The notes under the pieces were generated by a model that saw only the letters and a program-made list of their open reading frames with translations, searched no databases and had not been told where the DNA came from. A stretch of DNA of 64,000 nt, taken from the NCBI RefSeq assembly GCF_963921235.1, contig NC_086097.1, positions 233,866,001 to 233,930,000 on the forward strand, read 5' to 3'. Both the position numbers and the translations under genes were made by a program. Shown in pieces: positions 62,391-64,000 of the stretch; the first letter of the stretch is position 1; every line of letters starts with the position of its first letter. This stretch comes from Mobula hypostoma (lineage: Eukaryota).

Positions 62391-63758
62391 TTAAATGAAA
62401 TGTGAGCGACGAACAAGAGGAAGGCAAATGTTCAAACTTTCATTCCTGGGATCATTCTCGTGACCTTGATTTCCCAAAGTATGGGTGTTCAAAGTAAACA
62501 CGTGTTTCGTTATGGTCATCTTCTTGGTAACATTCTAGCAGATACTGCCTTGAATAAAAATGATGGTTCTTGCAGTTTCTGTATTTTATTCACTAACTGT
62601 GCTACATCTAGGCCACCATTGCCCCTCTCCCCTGGGAACAGTCTGTCACCCTCTTCCAATTATAGTAGAATGTTGACTTTGCTCATCATCACTCCCCAGG
62701 AGCTAGAAGAGTCCTGGAGAAATAATGGTGTGAACTTTTACAACCTGACTTTTTGAGCTCGGAGGTGTGAGAAATCCAACTGTTACTACTCATTGTCCTG
62801 AAACGATGTAGCGTTGCACAAGAGATTTCCAAATCTTTCGATCGTTTTAGAGTTTCTTAATTTTCAACGCTTCTCTGCAATGCAGAAAATTACAACACAG
62901 AAGCTCAAGTAGATGCAACAAAATAATTAAACTCAAGCAAATTATTTCTAACTCTTTTTTAAAAATAATTCAACCTATTTTGTTTACTGTACTATTTATA
63001 AAGGAGTGCTGAGAAATATTGAAGAAGCAACCAAACAATACTTGAATGAAGTTTATGGAAATTGGCAGGGAGCTAATTTGGTCCAGGACCGAATGATCAT
63101 AGGGCAGAGAAGATAGTCAGCAGATGAATTAGGCCATTCTGATGATCAAGTCTGCTCTGGGAATATCTGATATATATCTAAAACTAGAGAACAGAATCAT
63201 CCTAGGATCACATAATATAATGAAACCATTCAGTCTATTGTGCTTCTGCAGACATATAAAACTATTCAATTAATGCTATTCTTATGCTCTTTCTGATAGT
63301 TGTACAATTTTTCACTTTCAAGGATAAATACTTGAATGTTGCAATTGATTGTTCCCTTTGGCAGCACTACTAAAATCAACTCAGTTTTTGAAACAAAACA
63401 TTTATGCCGTTTTTTTCCCATGTCACTAGAAACAAATTATCCTTACTTACCCAATCAAACCTTTTATGATTTTGAATGCCTCTATTGAACATTCTCTAAC
63501 TAGAAGAACAACTCAAAATTTCTCCTTTTTCTGTACATAAACAATCCTTCTTTACCCTAACAAATGTCCTGATTTCCTTTGTGAAGTGTGTGCCCAGAAT
63601 TGACAGACATTCTTTGTTTCTGTAACTTATTCATCCAGTAATAAAGCTCAGGTTTCAGGAACAGCTTTCTTTCCCATTGCCATCAGACTTCAGAATGGAT
63701 AATGAACCTAAGAACACATTCTCAGTATCTTTTCTCCTTTTACCCCTCTTTTTGCACT

Positions 63759-63769
63759 ACACACACAGA

Positions 63770-63839
<70 letters not shown>
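63759..63839. repeat. (CA)n(TA)n microsatellite
   Basis: Directly visible. Confidence 0.95.
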
Positions 63840-63948
63840 CAGTGGCATAAGTTTCGGCAACCGGGTCAAAATTTCTATTACTGTGAATAGCTAAGCAAGT
63901 AAACGATGAACTGATTTCCAAAAGGCATAAAGTTAAAGATGACACATT
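63838..63948 (+). mobile_element. Possible Tc1-like transposon end
   Basis: TA-CAGTGGCATAAGTTTCGGCAACC terminus next to a TA run; the other end is not in the window. Confidence 0.45.
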
Positions 63949-64000
63949 TAGAAACATAGAAACATAGAAAATAGGTGCAGGAGTAGGCCATTCGGCCCTT
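63949..64000 (-). mobile_element. 3' end of a young CR1 that runs off the window
   Basis: Identical to 59339-59390. Confidence 0.9.

Noticed and set aside
63702..63957. ORFs with HT and CV repeats
   Set aside because: They are translations of the (CA)n microsatellite.

Overview
This is vertebrate genomic DNA, not prokaryotic. The repeat mix suggests a cartilaginous fish, probably a ray (inference). Most of the window is nested, largely decayed retrotransposons: CR1-clade LINEs (one near full length with an open zinc-finger/esterase ORF1), many Rex1/Babar LINE fragments, one full-length but disrupted RTE LINE, a Penelope-like element (PLE) remnant with GIY-YIG, about nine short PLE terminal-repeat copies carrying minimal hammerhead ribozyme motifs, tRNA-derived V-SINE-like SINEs, several non-autonomous LINE derivatives and Tc1/hAT remnants. 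Nearly all long ORFs are TE fragments or their antisense shadows. The unique DNA between repeats holds several minus-strand exon-like segments of an unidentified, possibly decayed gene (low confidence). The best leads are a ~40-nt motif shared by the structured 5' ends of two dissimilar RTE-type elements, TSD-flanked ~95-bp hammerhead mini-elements, a Rex1 deletion derivative with the same ~200-aa ORF open in two copies, and an inverted duplication of a LINE 3' end plus its flank. Nothing here establishes a new biological system. Boundaries were read by eye and are approximate unless a TSD is quoted.
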